Shown here: positions 26,121 to 39,500 of the stretch, piece after piece | Layout of the letters: the number at the start of each line of letters is the position of its first letter | Position numbering within the stretch: position 1 is the stretch's first letter | Assembly (NCBI RefSeq): GCF_036588685.1 | Contig: NC_086376.1 | Span: forward strand, 17,236,001 to 17,300,000 | DNA: 64,000 nt | From: Mytilus trossulus | Lineage: Eukaryota | Reading direction: 5' to 3' | Notes under the pieces: generated by a model | Databases searched by the model: none | What the model saw: the letters and a program-made list of their open reading frames with translations, nothing else | Told to the model about the DNA's origin: nothing | Position numbers and translations under genes: made by a program

Positions 26121-27608
26121 TAAGTGTTTTTTTACAGCATTATATCGATACTGTTGCTATTGAACTATTAGCATATATGGTATATTCAGGTCAAAAGTCA
26201 CTGCTTTTATACTGAAATGATGTACAAGAAATCGATCTTAAATTGTGTCTACTCCATCGGAAAAGTTTCTTTAGACGGATTTGATTATTCTTTTTACTTC
26301 TTTTGTGGTCATATAGCTCTTCGACTGTTTCGGTTCTCGTTTAACCTATGGCTTCTAAAAGAGGAACGAAAGATACCAGAAGGACAGTCAAACTCATAAA
26401 TCGAAAATAAACTGACAACGCCATGGCTTAAAATGAAAAAGACAAACAGACAAACAATAGTACACATGACACAACATAGACAACTAAAGAATAAGCAACA
26501 CGAACCCCACCACAAACTAGGGGTGATTTAACACTCGGCTTTGGGTATTCATCCCCAGAAAGGAGCCTCGGACGCATGTAACTTGTAAAGTGTTGTTTTC
26601 ATTTTTATATAGTGACTAGTGGCATTTCAATCAGAATTTGTATTTGATAGAAAAGAAAATATATGGTCATTCTTTCATTCTACAAAATCTTTACAACCTA
26701 TTGACGAAACAAATACAAAACTGCTGTTATCGTTGTCTCCATCTTAAATTCACAGTGTTCAATGCTTGTTTAAAAGAGGGACGAAATATACCAGGGAGAC
26801 AGTCAAACTCATAAATCGAAAATAAACTGACAACGCCATGGAAAGGACAAACAAACAAACACCATGACACATGACATAACATAGAAAACTAAAGAATAAA
26901 CAACACGAACCCAACCAAAAACTAGACGATGTCTACCATCAATTGGAGTTTAATTCTTAACTAAATATCGAGCCTCGTCAATACAATTGTGTACAAAAGC
27001 ATCTTGTCTAAATGCTACGATCATGATATTTGTATGAACTGTATGAATTATCAAAGCATTTTGAGTTTTTGAGAAAAAAAAATAATTAAAAAAAATTCCA
27101 AATTAAATACCAAGAAATCTTTATATTATGAAACAGCAAAAGAGGTCGGACCAATATCAATTATGTATAGTCGTTTATAGTGAAATTCAAGTATGTTTTG
27201 GTACTTTCGATTTTTTTGCTCAATAGTTATTTGAATTCAGAAGAAGTATATCTTTCATCTACATTTGTGCAACACGGTTACATACATCATTGGTTTAGCT
27301 GTACTCACGGTTTGTCGTCCGTCATACCGATATAAGAGTACAGTGCTTATCTAAACTGATTTTTAACGAATGCACTTTGCTATTCCACTGATCGTGGTAA
27401 AAACAGAAAGGCTAGAATTAAAAATAAATTCGAGACCATGATGGATATGTTTTGTTATACCAACAAAAAGTCGATGATCGGCAACATGACCCTGACATTA
27501 AAATATGACCAAAATAAAACAGTTATACATATGCAACCAATTAAAAAAAACTGTCCTGATAATGACTGATAAAACAAATATACGAAGACATAAATTAAGT
27601 TTTTATTT

Positions 27609-28682
27609 TTATTTCCCAACAACCTTGTGAATAGGAAGACTGTCAACTGTTTGATAACAAGTTGCCACCAACACTGTCATGTCGAGCGATATTCTGTCTG
27701 GACACTGACATATTGTATGCTCATTCAGGTAAACCTTCCTACCAGCTGGTATGATTCTATCTCGCGCCAAACAATTACGTCCTGGAATTAAAGATACATA
27801 TAATAGTTTACAGAATCCTTACGAGTTTGTTGATAAAACTACTCATATGAAAGTATTTTTTCTGATGTTTTTACAAAATTGATAATTTTAGGTACTATTT
27901 AAACTTAAATTCCATCATGTAACTGTATTAAACCGCATTGTAGTATGTTATTTTAACCTATCCCCAAGTGTGAACTTATAGGTTCTTCCAACACTACCGA
28001 AGCACATGATATTACCCCCGGTTTTGTTGGGTTTCTTCTGGCTCAGTGTTTAGTTGTCTAAGTTGTGTTTTGCAGAATGAAGTTTGTCTTATGGTTATTT
28101 AGTGTTATTTTTTTGCTATGACGTTGCCAGTTTGTTGGACTTATGAGTTTCAATACCCTTTTGGTATCTATGCATCTCCAGTTTTTATTTTGAAAAGAAA
28201 ATTCTTGATGGAAGAAAACAGTCCAGGTAGGTTCGCTTTATACTATATAATAAACAAGAGAAGTTCTTGTATACTTTCGGGTGCTAGATTTATTCATATA
28301 TCTTACCTTCTTCCGCAATTATAAAAAATCAAGTACCCTGTACTAAATGGTAAATAAAATTTTGAAACTACAACTACCAAGGCACTTCTTAACCATATAT
28401 ACGTTGACACACATAAGGAATACACTTACCGTTCGGACACACAGGACAGCACATGTTCGGGTCATTAATTGGATCAACACAAAGTGTCACCAAACACTCA
28501 GCTACGGTACAACTAACGTTTCCTTGGTTACAGCTACAATGTTCACATGGTCTGGGTTGAAAATTGGATCCGTCTTGGTAATATTTTCCATCCTTAAAAC
28601 ATCCCGAAGTTTGTGGTATAGCATTCACGATTAGTACAGGAATTATACAACAAGACGTTAGAATGAAGAAATACTTCAACAT
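27609..28682 (-). CDS. Secreted VWC-domain protein, Brorin/VWC2-like, 141 aa, 2 exons; most divergent paralog
   Basis: Exon 1 28682-28430 MLKYFFILTSCCIIPVLIVNA..CFKDGK..PCEHCSC..CCPVCPN G|GTAAGT. Exon 2 27781-27609 (absent from the ORF track) after TTCCAG: GRNCLARDRIIPAGRKVYLNEHTICQCPDRISLDMTVLVATCYQTVDSLPIHKVVGK*. Confidence 0.9.
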
Positions 28683-29710
28683 TTTGTCTAAATGTAGTTC
28701 ATTAGATATAGGTAACGAAAGATAAGAATAACCAATAATTGTATAACACTACTGTTGACTTATTATGAGAAATTTATCCCAATCTTTAGAATAAACGAAA
28801 GAAAACAAATTGTATGTAGTTCTTAATTAACACGTGTATGTATGATACATATGAATAAAACAAACTGTTCATAATGAATATATTTTTTTAATGATTAAAA
28901 GCGGATCGGAATAAAAATTAATACAACACCGTTAATTAAATTTCATGCGAACTTTGCGGTTATCATGAATTATGGTAAATTTAGTTATATGAATAAAATC
29001 ATAGTTGGGTCAATATGACAGAAACACAACAGATCAACATACAGTTTTCCACAAAAGACATGTGACTATACTATAAAGCATACTCTAAATTGCCAAGAAA
29101 CTACATGTAGAAGTGAACAAATTTACAAAGTTTGTAAAATATTTATTGTTTATACCAGATACTCAAAATAGTAATAATTACACAGAAATGTCGAAAGATG
29201 AACAAAGCCCATTTAGCATAGTCCTCTATAAAAGACAACGATATAACAATGTAAAACAATTCAAACGAGAAAACTAACGGCCTTTTTTATATAAAAAATG
29301 AACGAAAAACAAATATGTAACACATACACAAACGACAACCACTGAATTATAGGCTCCTGACTTACATAAATAATGTGGCGGGGTTAAACCTGTAACACCA
29401 TATACAGTAATTAAATAAGACATCATGACATAAATACAACACCCAGAATTTCAAAATATTTGCAGAAAAACAAGCCACCGACTTAACAAGAAGTTATATC
29501 GTTCAATAATACATAAGAAAAGTGTAAATCTAATTAAAAATAATATATATACATTTGATTGCGTTATTATTCAATAAGTAAGCAAATTGCTATAGAACTG
29601 TCCGAAATAATCAGTTTGGAAAAGTGGGAAGACACCAATTGACGGACAAGGGGATTCGTATTCGGGATACAATAAATTCAAGTATAAACATTTAATTCAA
29701 TATCATTAAA

Positions 29711-30495
29711 AACCAGAGGCTCTTAAGAGCCGGTGTCATTAACCTTGGTCTTTGCGCATATTAAACAAAGGACACAAATGGATTAATGACAAAATTGTGT
29801 TTTGGTGATGGTGATGTGTTTGTAGATCTTATTTTACTGAACATTCTTGCTGCTTATAATTATCTCTATCTATAATGAACTCGGTCAAGTAGTTACAGTG
29901 GAAAAATTTACAAAAATTTACAAAATTTATGAATTTTGTTAAACATTGACTATTATGGCAATTACTCCTTAAGGGGTCAATTGACCATTTTGATCGTTCG
30001 ACTTATTTGTAGGTCTTACTTTGCTGTACATTATTTCTGTTTACAATTTATCTCTATCTATACTAATATTCAAGATAATAACCAAAAGCTGCCAAATTTT
30101 CATAAAATTACCAATTCAGGGGCAGCAACCCAACACCGGATTGCCAGATTGGTCTGAAAATTTTAGGCCAGATAGATCTTACCTAATGAACAATTTTATC
30201 CTGTAAGATTTGCTCTAAATGCTTTGGTTTTTAAAAAAATGAGCCAAAAACTGCATTTTACCCTACATACTATTTTTTAGCCATGTCGGCCATCTTGGTT
30301 TGTGGGCGGGGTCATCTGACACATTTTTAAAGATACCCTAATGATGATTGTGGACATGTTTGGTTTAATTTGGCTCAGTCGTTTCAGAGGAGAAGAGTTT
30401 TGTAAAAGTTAACAGACGACGCCGGACGACGACGACGACGGACGCAAAAAGATGAGGAAAGCTCACTTGGTCCTTCGGGCCAGGTGAGTTAAAAA
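29711..30495 (+). mobile_element. Non-autonomous Helentron/HINE-like element; related inverted piece at ~54790-55235
   Basis: 5' short hairpin GGCTCTTAAGAGCC, internal AT-rich repeats, (GAC)n microsatellite, 3' hairpin GCTCACTTGG-TCCTTCGGG-CCAGGTGAGT followed by an A-run. Confidence 0.7.
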
Positions 30496-30710
30496 GGAAA
30501 GAGATTACATTGTTGAACGTTATTCGTCCTTGATCCATGATTTTGATTTTAAGAGGTCATGAATAATACAATAAACACTAACAATTGTAACAAGTACTTG
30601 AAAAACAAGTAAATTTAATAATTTTAATCAACTAAAAGGAAGAAACAAATATATAACAAAACAACAATGAAAACATTATTTAGTACAAACAGTTTAAAAG
30701 TGTATGTAGA

Positions 30711-33081
30711 TTATGTACACATGCTATAATGATTTGGTTCCGCCAGTCGGGTGTCTTGTAATAGTAGGTACGAATTCCCGGTACCATCCTGATTTACATT
30801 AACACTTCTCATTGGTAACATTACATTGTCTGGTGTCATTTCTAAGTATTCCTTGACCTTGGTATTGTCAGCGATCACTGTAGTGTCAACAGTGGTGTCA
30901 TTTAATTTCTTTTCGGCTCTGTTTTCTACGTCTTGGTTTGTAACGGTGGAAACATTTCTTTCAATAAGCTCATAAGCACCTATTCTGTTGTCGCTATTTT
31001 CTTCGCTGTAATTATTTGACATCTTTAAGAAATATTTTCTTGTATGCCTTTTTGTAACGCCAAGATGTATGACTGTTGCGATGAATATCACCAAAATAAT
31101 TACACTTATAAATGTCACATATGCCAAAATTGTACCAAGCGTTATATCTGAAAACAAAATTATCGAGAAGCATTACCGTGAAATATGGTTACGCCGTGTA
31201 ATTTTTGCAAATATCGTGAAGTCTTAGAAAAAAAAAAGTTTATTCCATTTTTTTTCTAATTTCGCAGACAAGTAAGGAATAAAAAATATTGATATCAACA
31301 CGAGGTAATGTGGTGTGGTATGGTTGCCAATGAAACAACTACAATGTATCAACAAAACGGACTAACTATTATAGGCCAGCGTACGTAACAATGAGTAAAC
31401 CGTATAGTTAGAAGCTATAAAAGGCTTTAATGGATTAAGTCTGATTTTATTCAATTTTTTACATTTCATCGCAATCTTGTATATTTGATGAATGTTTTTT
31501 TTCAAAATTGCCTAGCTGTGTTTCTAGATAACATTCGAATTCATAATCAATCAAATGTAATTTAGTTTAGAAAAACACGCCCTATTCATAAAACCTAAAG
31601 AATATCACTACCTGCATCAATATGGGATTCTGTTGATGATGTTTCTGTAACAGTATACAGTGTGTTTTTGTCTGTCCCGACACCCATGCCATCTATTAAA
31701 ACAATGGCAAAATAATCATTATAAAATTATGATAATTTTCATATTTCAATGCAATTGACATAACTCCCAGTTTTTGTTGGTGGTCGTGTTGCTAGTTCTA
31801 TATACTGTTCAATGAAGATATACATATTTTAGTCGAACTTATATTTTGACCATAACGTTGTCAGTTTCTCTCGACTAATGAGTTTGGAACATTCGAATTG
31901 TAAAACTCTTTTTTTTTTATTACACTCTCTACCTAGGAGAAACATTTGATAAACAAAATCTGAATTCAAGATTTTATTGTATTTTTTTACGTTTAAAAAG
32001 AGCAACACCTTTAACATGTTTAAGCCAGAAACATTTTTGCTTTTTCTTTAGTCTTTTTTATTTTTATCACGCCACAGTTTTTAAGTTTACAGTATAAAAC
32101 TTCATGGTCAAGGTCGATGTTCGTTCGTATCCATTGACAATTCTAAAAGTCCCGTTAAAATATTGTCATAATGTACCGAAGACGTGGTAGTTTCTGCGAT
32201 TAGAAGAATGGGAAAACGAACTAAAGTTGCAATTTGATGTCCCAAATCTTTCTGAAAATTAAGATTTTTGCTATGAAAAATGAACCCTGGATTTAAGTAT
32301 TTAAAAGTTGACAGAGTTTTGTTTTATAACAATAGGGTCAGTAACAGAGGGTATAGTATCAAGAACTAAACAAAATAGAGAAAAAACTCATACAATGCTT
32401 TTTTTCTCAAAAATAAGACTCACATTCAAAGTGGTAATTTTCGCACAAAGACGAAATACTCGCAGAATTATGCTTCTTTGTATCAGTAGACATATATCTT
32501 TTATAGTATGGTGTTGACAATTTGTTTTTAATGTAAGCAATTTAGTATTTTAACAGTAATATATTGTTTGTTTATTTACAACTTATGTCGATAACAACAT
32601 TTTTTACATTTGTAGTAAAACATACCAATAATTATGACAAGCATTCATCATATAACGAGACAGAAACTGATGTGAATTCAAGTGCAACGCAATTGTTAAA
32701 GGCATATGTAAATGTATGTATAACTTTCACATTAAACAATGCATTAGTACTTTCAAATAAAAACAAATCAAAATATGCATATATACAAACCAACGATATT
32801 TAAAAGGACTTCGGTAGTATTAACTTTTCCATCTATAGTTTTGATACATTTGTATACTCCTGCGTCTGCCCTTGAAACATTCTCTATCTGCAAATTGTAT
32901 TCTCCCCTTTGTATGTTACCCACTATCTTTAACTTGTGTTTGTGAGGTAAATTGATATTAATAATGCCTCGATCACCGTAAACTGTATTCTCCCGTATCC
33001 ATTGACTTCGGTTCTCGAACGTCTGACAATGTAAGATAACTGTTTCTCCCACTCGTCCTATGATTTCTGTCATTGCATGCA
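30711..33081 (-). CDS. Ig V/I-set + stalk + transmembrane + ~110-aa Tyr-motif tail; distal module with no own signal-peptide exon found
   Basis: Exons 33081-32791 (GETVILHC..SQWIR..YNLQIENVSRADAGVYKC), 31692-31612 (DGMGVGTDKNTLYTVTETSSTESHIDA) and 31147-30711 (TM TILAYVTFISVIILVIFIATVIHLGV; tail motifs YELI, YLEM, YLLL, YSMC); all phase 1 with AG/GT. Confidence 0.85.
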
Positions 33082-33711
33082 CTAGTAATAAGAAAAATGA
33101 AAGATTTCAAATATGTGTGAAAAAAAAGGAAAATCACAAAAATACTGAATATTCAAGACTGAAAGTTCAACTCAAATAGCAAAATCAAAAGTTGAAACAC
33201 AACAAACGAATAAAATAACAACTGTTACATTTCCAACTTTGTACAGATATTTTCTAATGTAGAAAATGGTGGATTAAACCTGGTTTTAAAGCGTTTAGCC
33301 TCATCTTGTTTGACAGTCGCAAACTAAAATATACAACTCGTTTCATACACAATCAGAATATGCCGATTTGTCACCCACACAAATAAGGTAATTGTCTTTA
33401 ATATCAAAAGTTTAGATAAATGAGATTTTCATATCATATAAATTCTGAGGAAGAGTTGTCAATGGCAGTAAACTATTGGATAAAAACTTGACTCATATCT
33501 AAGTACCCGGCCACGTCCACTTGCATTTTTGTCCATCTGATGAGTTAAGCCTTTTTCAACTGATTTTTATAGTTCGTTCTTATGTTGTTTTGTTATATCA
33601 ATGTCCCAGGTTAGTGGGAGGGTTGGGATCCCGCTGATATTTTTTACCCCGCCACATTATTTATGTATTTGCCTGTCCAAAATCAGGAGTCTGTAAATTC
33701 AGTGGTAGTCG

Positions 33712-35154
33712 TGTAGTAGTGTCATTTTTACGCCTATAAAATAATAGTAAAAATATCTTTAAAATTCTTTAATTAATTGCATTTATTATAACGTTTAAAT
33801 CTAGAATTTTGATAAAGGAATATTATTATTTAAATCAAATCTACACTTTACTTTTTATATTGAGTTCATGAATATTCAAAAGGTTCTTACTTTAAATTAC
33901 GTATTTGATTGGTCATTGTGATTTCGCGGTCAATTTATATTTTGTATTGACCAGGTATAATTTGCACGGGAACTTGACAATTACAGTCGCATTATATTGT
34001 ATCCCGATTTATATAACTGTGTTATGGTTTTAATTCATTGTGGACACAACATATTACATATTGATGTAAGTTAACTTCTTTATTGTATAATTAGTATTTT
34101 TCACATGTAAATGATAAATTTAGCAAAGTTTCTATTGTATGACTTCGTTCTCCTCGTAAAGTTTGGTTATTACATAAGTATGATAGATGTACCCGAGAAT
34201 CTTTTATTTAGCTTCGTGCTACATGTATTTTATTATCTACCGTTAATTTGTCACGGTAGAACTAGATAGTTGCTTAGCTATTTGATTATTGACACAGATA
34301 ATTTATATTTCATAAATGGCGGCATATTAGACAAAATAAGGAAAAGAGATAAAGTTGATATTTATTTGTACATTTATATTATACATTGTAATGATAGAAG
34401 TATAACTATAAATGAACTTGAGTTATTTTGTCATATCGTATGTTTTAATATTTTATGAGTCCGAATGTTTATGATTGCATTTTGGTTTTAGGACTCCATT
34501 GATGTAATTATATACAGAATATACATTGTGAACTGTGCCTTGTCCTTGCCAGTAAAAACTCACTCCACAAGTGGTAAGAGTCAATCTATTTTTAACTATG
34601 TAATGTTGTAAACAAGACGTTATGAATTATTTCCCTTTAAATATGCGGTTTTAAGCATATTTAATATATTGGCTTAATTAGTCTTTATGAAAATAGTATT
34701 TACAATTCGACGATTGTTGTAACGTAATTGTATGTAAAGAACAAACAATATATTATGTTCCGATCAGTTAAATGTTATATTTGCAGTTTTAACTTTAGTT
34801 TTGTACCGTACACATAGTAAACCAGTAAACACTATATAGTACATTATTTACGATAATGGGTTACATTCTTGTGTAGTGTTTCACAATGAGAAATGAAAGT
34901 ACATGTAACATCAGCTCACTGATAGTCTATAATATGTAATAGCTGTTTAGTACACAGTATTAAAGTGCATTGTATTTTACCATAACTATATGTGATAATG
35001 TATAACTTAGGGTACTTGAGTTTTATAATAGATCTGTTATTTATAATTGTGATATTGTTATTTCAGAGTTTATTTGTATACTACTGGTATAATAAATAAT
35101 CCGAACCCTAAACAGAGTTTGTTATATCTTTATCCAAGAATCGAACCTGTTACA
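33712..35154 (+). repeat. 5' LTR (1443 bp)
   Basis: TGTAGTAGTGTC...GAACCTGTTACA; direct repeat of 41315-42759. Confidence 0.97.
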
Positions 35155-35157
35155 AAA

Positions 35158-35170
35158 TGGCGCCCAACGT
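35158..35170 (+). promoter_or_regulatory. Primer-binding site, tRNA-Lys(CUU) type
   Basis: TGGCGCCCAACGT, 3 nt after the LTR, matches the first 13 nt of the tRNA-Lys1,2 PBS. Confidence 0.85.
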
Positions 35171-36511
35171 AGTTTAATGGATTGATGGCACAGTCGAATT
35201 AGGGTACCAGTGTGTGTGTGTGTGTGTGATCACCGAAGCAGACGACAGACGAGACCACGTGATGTTTGTTTACCAACAATGCGCAGATGTCCGAAGATGC
35301 ACGTGCCAGTGTTTACATCCGTTGATGTCCACATGTGTTTATTTACATTAACATTTTATACCGTGTTCCAGTTATGAAGATTTGTGAAACCGGAAGTTAC
35401 TTTTAGTAACTTAGACTTTTAGATTTTCTTAATTGAAAATAGAACTTTTGTTGTTTAAATTAATTCTTATTTTTGTGATTGGAATTGGAAAAGTAACTTA
35501 GCTTTATAAGGTAGGCTTTTTACTTATATATATATTATAATTGTATACTGAAATAGTTTGCTTACACACTTTGAAAAAACATTTTACACATACATTAATT
35601 TGTTTACATAAAGAAGACTTTAATTAGATAGCATACATTGGTCCATTACTATATCGTATTGCAACATCAACACTTATTACAGCAACATACATTGATAGAT
35701 AGCATACATACATACATACATGTAGTGTTATTGGTATACCACAGTTCAACTTGAACTTAGTCACACTTAAACATTTTTTACACATTGACATTGTTCATTC
35801 ATTCATACACTTTTGGACTTTGAATTTTTTTTGTTAACGTCCTACATATTGACCTTTCATACTTAAACATTTTACATTCGAACATTATTTTTTTTTATTT
35901 TTGTTTATTGAACATTAGCATCACTTGGTGATTGATTGTTTACATTTAAAGGAGAGTGCAGATGTACTTGTAGAATTTATTGACTTATATTTTTACACAT
36001 TAAAAGTACATTTTATACAGAAAGCAACACTATCGTATACAGTTATAGTATATAGTACCTTTACTCTGTGTTGAACTTAGACAGAGTTTGAAAAATCTAT
36101 AGTTTGATTAAATAGATTTAAAATAAGTGACTGTTGAATTATTTTAATTTATTCAATTACAAATATAATTTGATTGAGGTGCACTCATTTGCATATGAGG
36201 CTAAATCATTTTAATATTTGGTAGTACTTATTTATCAATGCATACTCATGTGTATTTGATATAATTTGTTTGTATTTTAGTAATTGTAGAATTGAGTATT
36301 AGTTATTGATTAAAATTTACCATTTTGATTAACTGTAATTATGATACTCTAGTGTGGTGGTTATGTAGTTTATAGTTGTATTACATAATTTTTGTTTTGA
36401 AACACCTTTGATAGACATAGGCTTTTGGAAGTGAAAGTATTTTGTTTTTCATTTTCGGTTTTGTTGTTGGCATTTATTAAGTAAGGGGCTACTACATTCT
36501 TCCAATTAGTC

Positions 36512-39500
36512 ATGGAACAGTATGGTCCAAAGAAGAAACGCCATCGTCGTAGACGTAGACAACGACCCTACTGGGACAACGACTTTGACAACCAAGCCAA
36601 CCAAAACTACTCACCTACTGCAACTCCTATTCCAAAAGATCCTATTGTATGTTATAGATGCGGAGGACTTGATCACATAGCCATTGGTTGCCGTATACGA
36701 TTAGACCATTCACGACAAGCCTTTAACTTCCAGCAGATCAACACTGAAGATAGAACATATGCATACCAACAGCAACAGTCAACACAAGATGTCACTGACC
36801 AACTAATAGGTAACACCAACGAAGTCACTGTTAAGATACATGGTATTCCAGCTACAGCTTTATTAGACACAGGTTCCACAGTTAGCACTGTCAGCGAGTC
36901 ATTTCATCGAAAATACTTACCTGATCATACTATACAGACACTTAACCGTATTTTACACATTGAATGTGCTGATGGAGAGAACTTACCGTATCATGGTTAC
37001 ATCACTGTCGACTTAGAATTACCTGGAGCATCACCATCAGATTTACCACAACCTTGCTTACTACTAGTAGTTCCTGATAGCAACTACAACAAGGCCGTGC
37101 CTTTGCTACTTGGTACCAACGTATTGCATAGAGCTATGGATGATGTGAAACAACGTTTTGGTCATCGGTTTTTGCAAAACGCCAACTTGATTACACCATG
37201 GTATATGACGTTTCGATGCCTTTTACTCAGAGAGAAAGAACTCAACAAGAGAAACAACAGGTTAGCATTGATTAAATGCGCAGAGGGAAAGACTGTTCGC
37301 ATTCCACCGAATAAAGATGTTATGCTTCAAGGCTATATGGACCATGAGTTGCCGTACCACCCTGTATGTGGAATACTTCAACCAACACATAAGGCAGCAG
37401 TACCTGAAGACTTAGACATAGCTCCAACTCTTGTCAACTACCAATACAGAGATAACAGATTAGTACCTGTACATATCAGCAATGTTACAACGAGAACCAT
37501 AACAGTTTCACCGAACGCTATCCTATGTGAGCTGCAACCTGTCTCAATTGCTGATATAGAAACACCAGATGGTACAGATTATGATGTTTTGAATGACGTT
37601 CACTTACCAACAGACGTACTCAGTGATGAACAGTTAGAGAAAGGTAAACAACTACTTAGACAGTATAGAGATGTTTTTAGTATGTCAGACACCGACATTG
37701 GTCATACAGATGCAGTTCGTCATAGAATTGATCTCACTGATGATACACCGTTCAAGCAGAGACATAGGCGTATACCACCAGCCATGTTTGATGAAGTTCG
37801 TACACATCTACAACAACTACTTACAGCTGGAATAATACGACGTTCACACTCACCTTGGTCATCTAATGTGGTACTTTGTCGAAAGAAGGATGGGAAACTC
37901 AGAATGTGTATTGATTACAGACAACTTAATCAAAGGTCCGTGAAGGATTCCTACGCTTTGCCACGCAGCGAGGAGATACTAGACGCTCTTGGAGGTAATA
38001 CGCTATATACTGTACTGGATATGAAGAGCGGGTACCATCAGGTAGAGGTAGAAGAGTCCCATAAGCAGAGAACAGCTTTCACTGTCGGTCCACTAGGTTT
38101 TTATGAATTTAACCGCTTGCCGTTTGGATTAGTCAACAGTCCAGCGACATATCAGAGACTAATGGAAGAGATACTAGGAGACCTACATCTTGATATCTGC
38201 TTCATCTATTTAGACGATCTAATCATATTCTCCGATACGTATGAGGAACATCTAGTAAGATTAGAGAAAGTATTACAGAGATTAAGAGAAAGCAACCTGA
38301 AATTATCGCCAAAGAAATGCTCATTCCTTCAAGAGAAAGTCAAATATATAGGTCATATCGTCTCCAAAGATGGAATACAACCAGATCCTGCAAAGATAGA
38401 CAAGGTAACTAACTGGCCACGTCCAACAACACCAGAAGAAGTCCGTCGTTTCCTTGGTTTTGTAGGATACTACCGAAAGTTTGTTAAAGATTTTTCTAAA
38501 ATAGCAAGACCACTCACCGACTTAATGCCTCCACCGAAAAGCTCGTCAAAGAAACGCAAGCCAAAACCTCGAGATCCAAACAGTCAATCATGGATATGGG
38601 GAGATCTTCAAGAACAAGCTTTCCAGACACTCAAAACAGCACTTGCTTCACCACCTATACTTGGTTTTCCACGGTACAACAAACAGTTTGAGTTACACAC
38701 TGATGCATCCATGCAAGGTTTAGGAGCTGTATTATATCAAGAACAGGAAAACAAGAAGCGTGTCATTGCTTACGCCAGTAGAGGACTCAGTAAGACCGAG
38801 CGAAATTACCCTGTACATAAATTAGAATTTTTGGCATTAAAATGGGCTGTCACCGAGAAATTCCACGACTACTTATATGGAAACACCTTTACAGTATTGA
38901 CAGACAATAATCCTCTTACATACGTGCTAACATCAGCCAAACTAGATGCAACTGGACACCGTTGGATTGCAGCATTAGCATCGTACAACTTTAACATCAT
39001 GTACAGACCAGGTTCCAAGAATGCCGATGCTGATTCTTTATCAAGATTGCCCGAGTTACTTGGACGTTCACCATCCAACTTAGAGGCTACTTCTGTCAAA
39101 GCCATCTGCAATCTACAGCATACTCAACCTTTCGTCGATACTTTGTCGATGAATACTCTTGCAACTGTTGATGATACATCGTTACCAGCACAGCATTTGG
39201 TTGACATCAAATCAGAACAAAAGAGCGATTACAGAATTAAAGAATGGATTTATTGGGTCTCCGAACACCGCAAACCAAACAAGGAACAACTAGAAAGATC
39301 AGCAGAGAATACATGGTTCATTAACAACTTCGACAAGTTACAACTGAAAGATGGTATTCTATTCAGAGAAGCTACATTTGATTGCCAGACAGTTAAGCAA
39401 TTTGTTTTACCAGAAACTTGCGTTCCGAAAGTCATGAAAGCACTTCACGATGACATGGGCCACCAAGGACGAGACAAGACATTGTCACTTATAAGAGATA

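Noticed and set aside
33537-33570. CTGATGAG in the abundant repeat (also ~47369 and ~51635 minus) as a hammerhead
   Set aside because: No GAAA box or stem III/NUH follows the potential stem
34270-34458. Identical 62-aa ORFs in both LTRs (also 41873-42061) as gag or accessory gene
   Set aside because: TTG start, low-complexity AT-rich translation; identity is explained by LTR duplication
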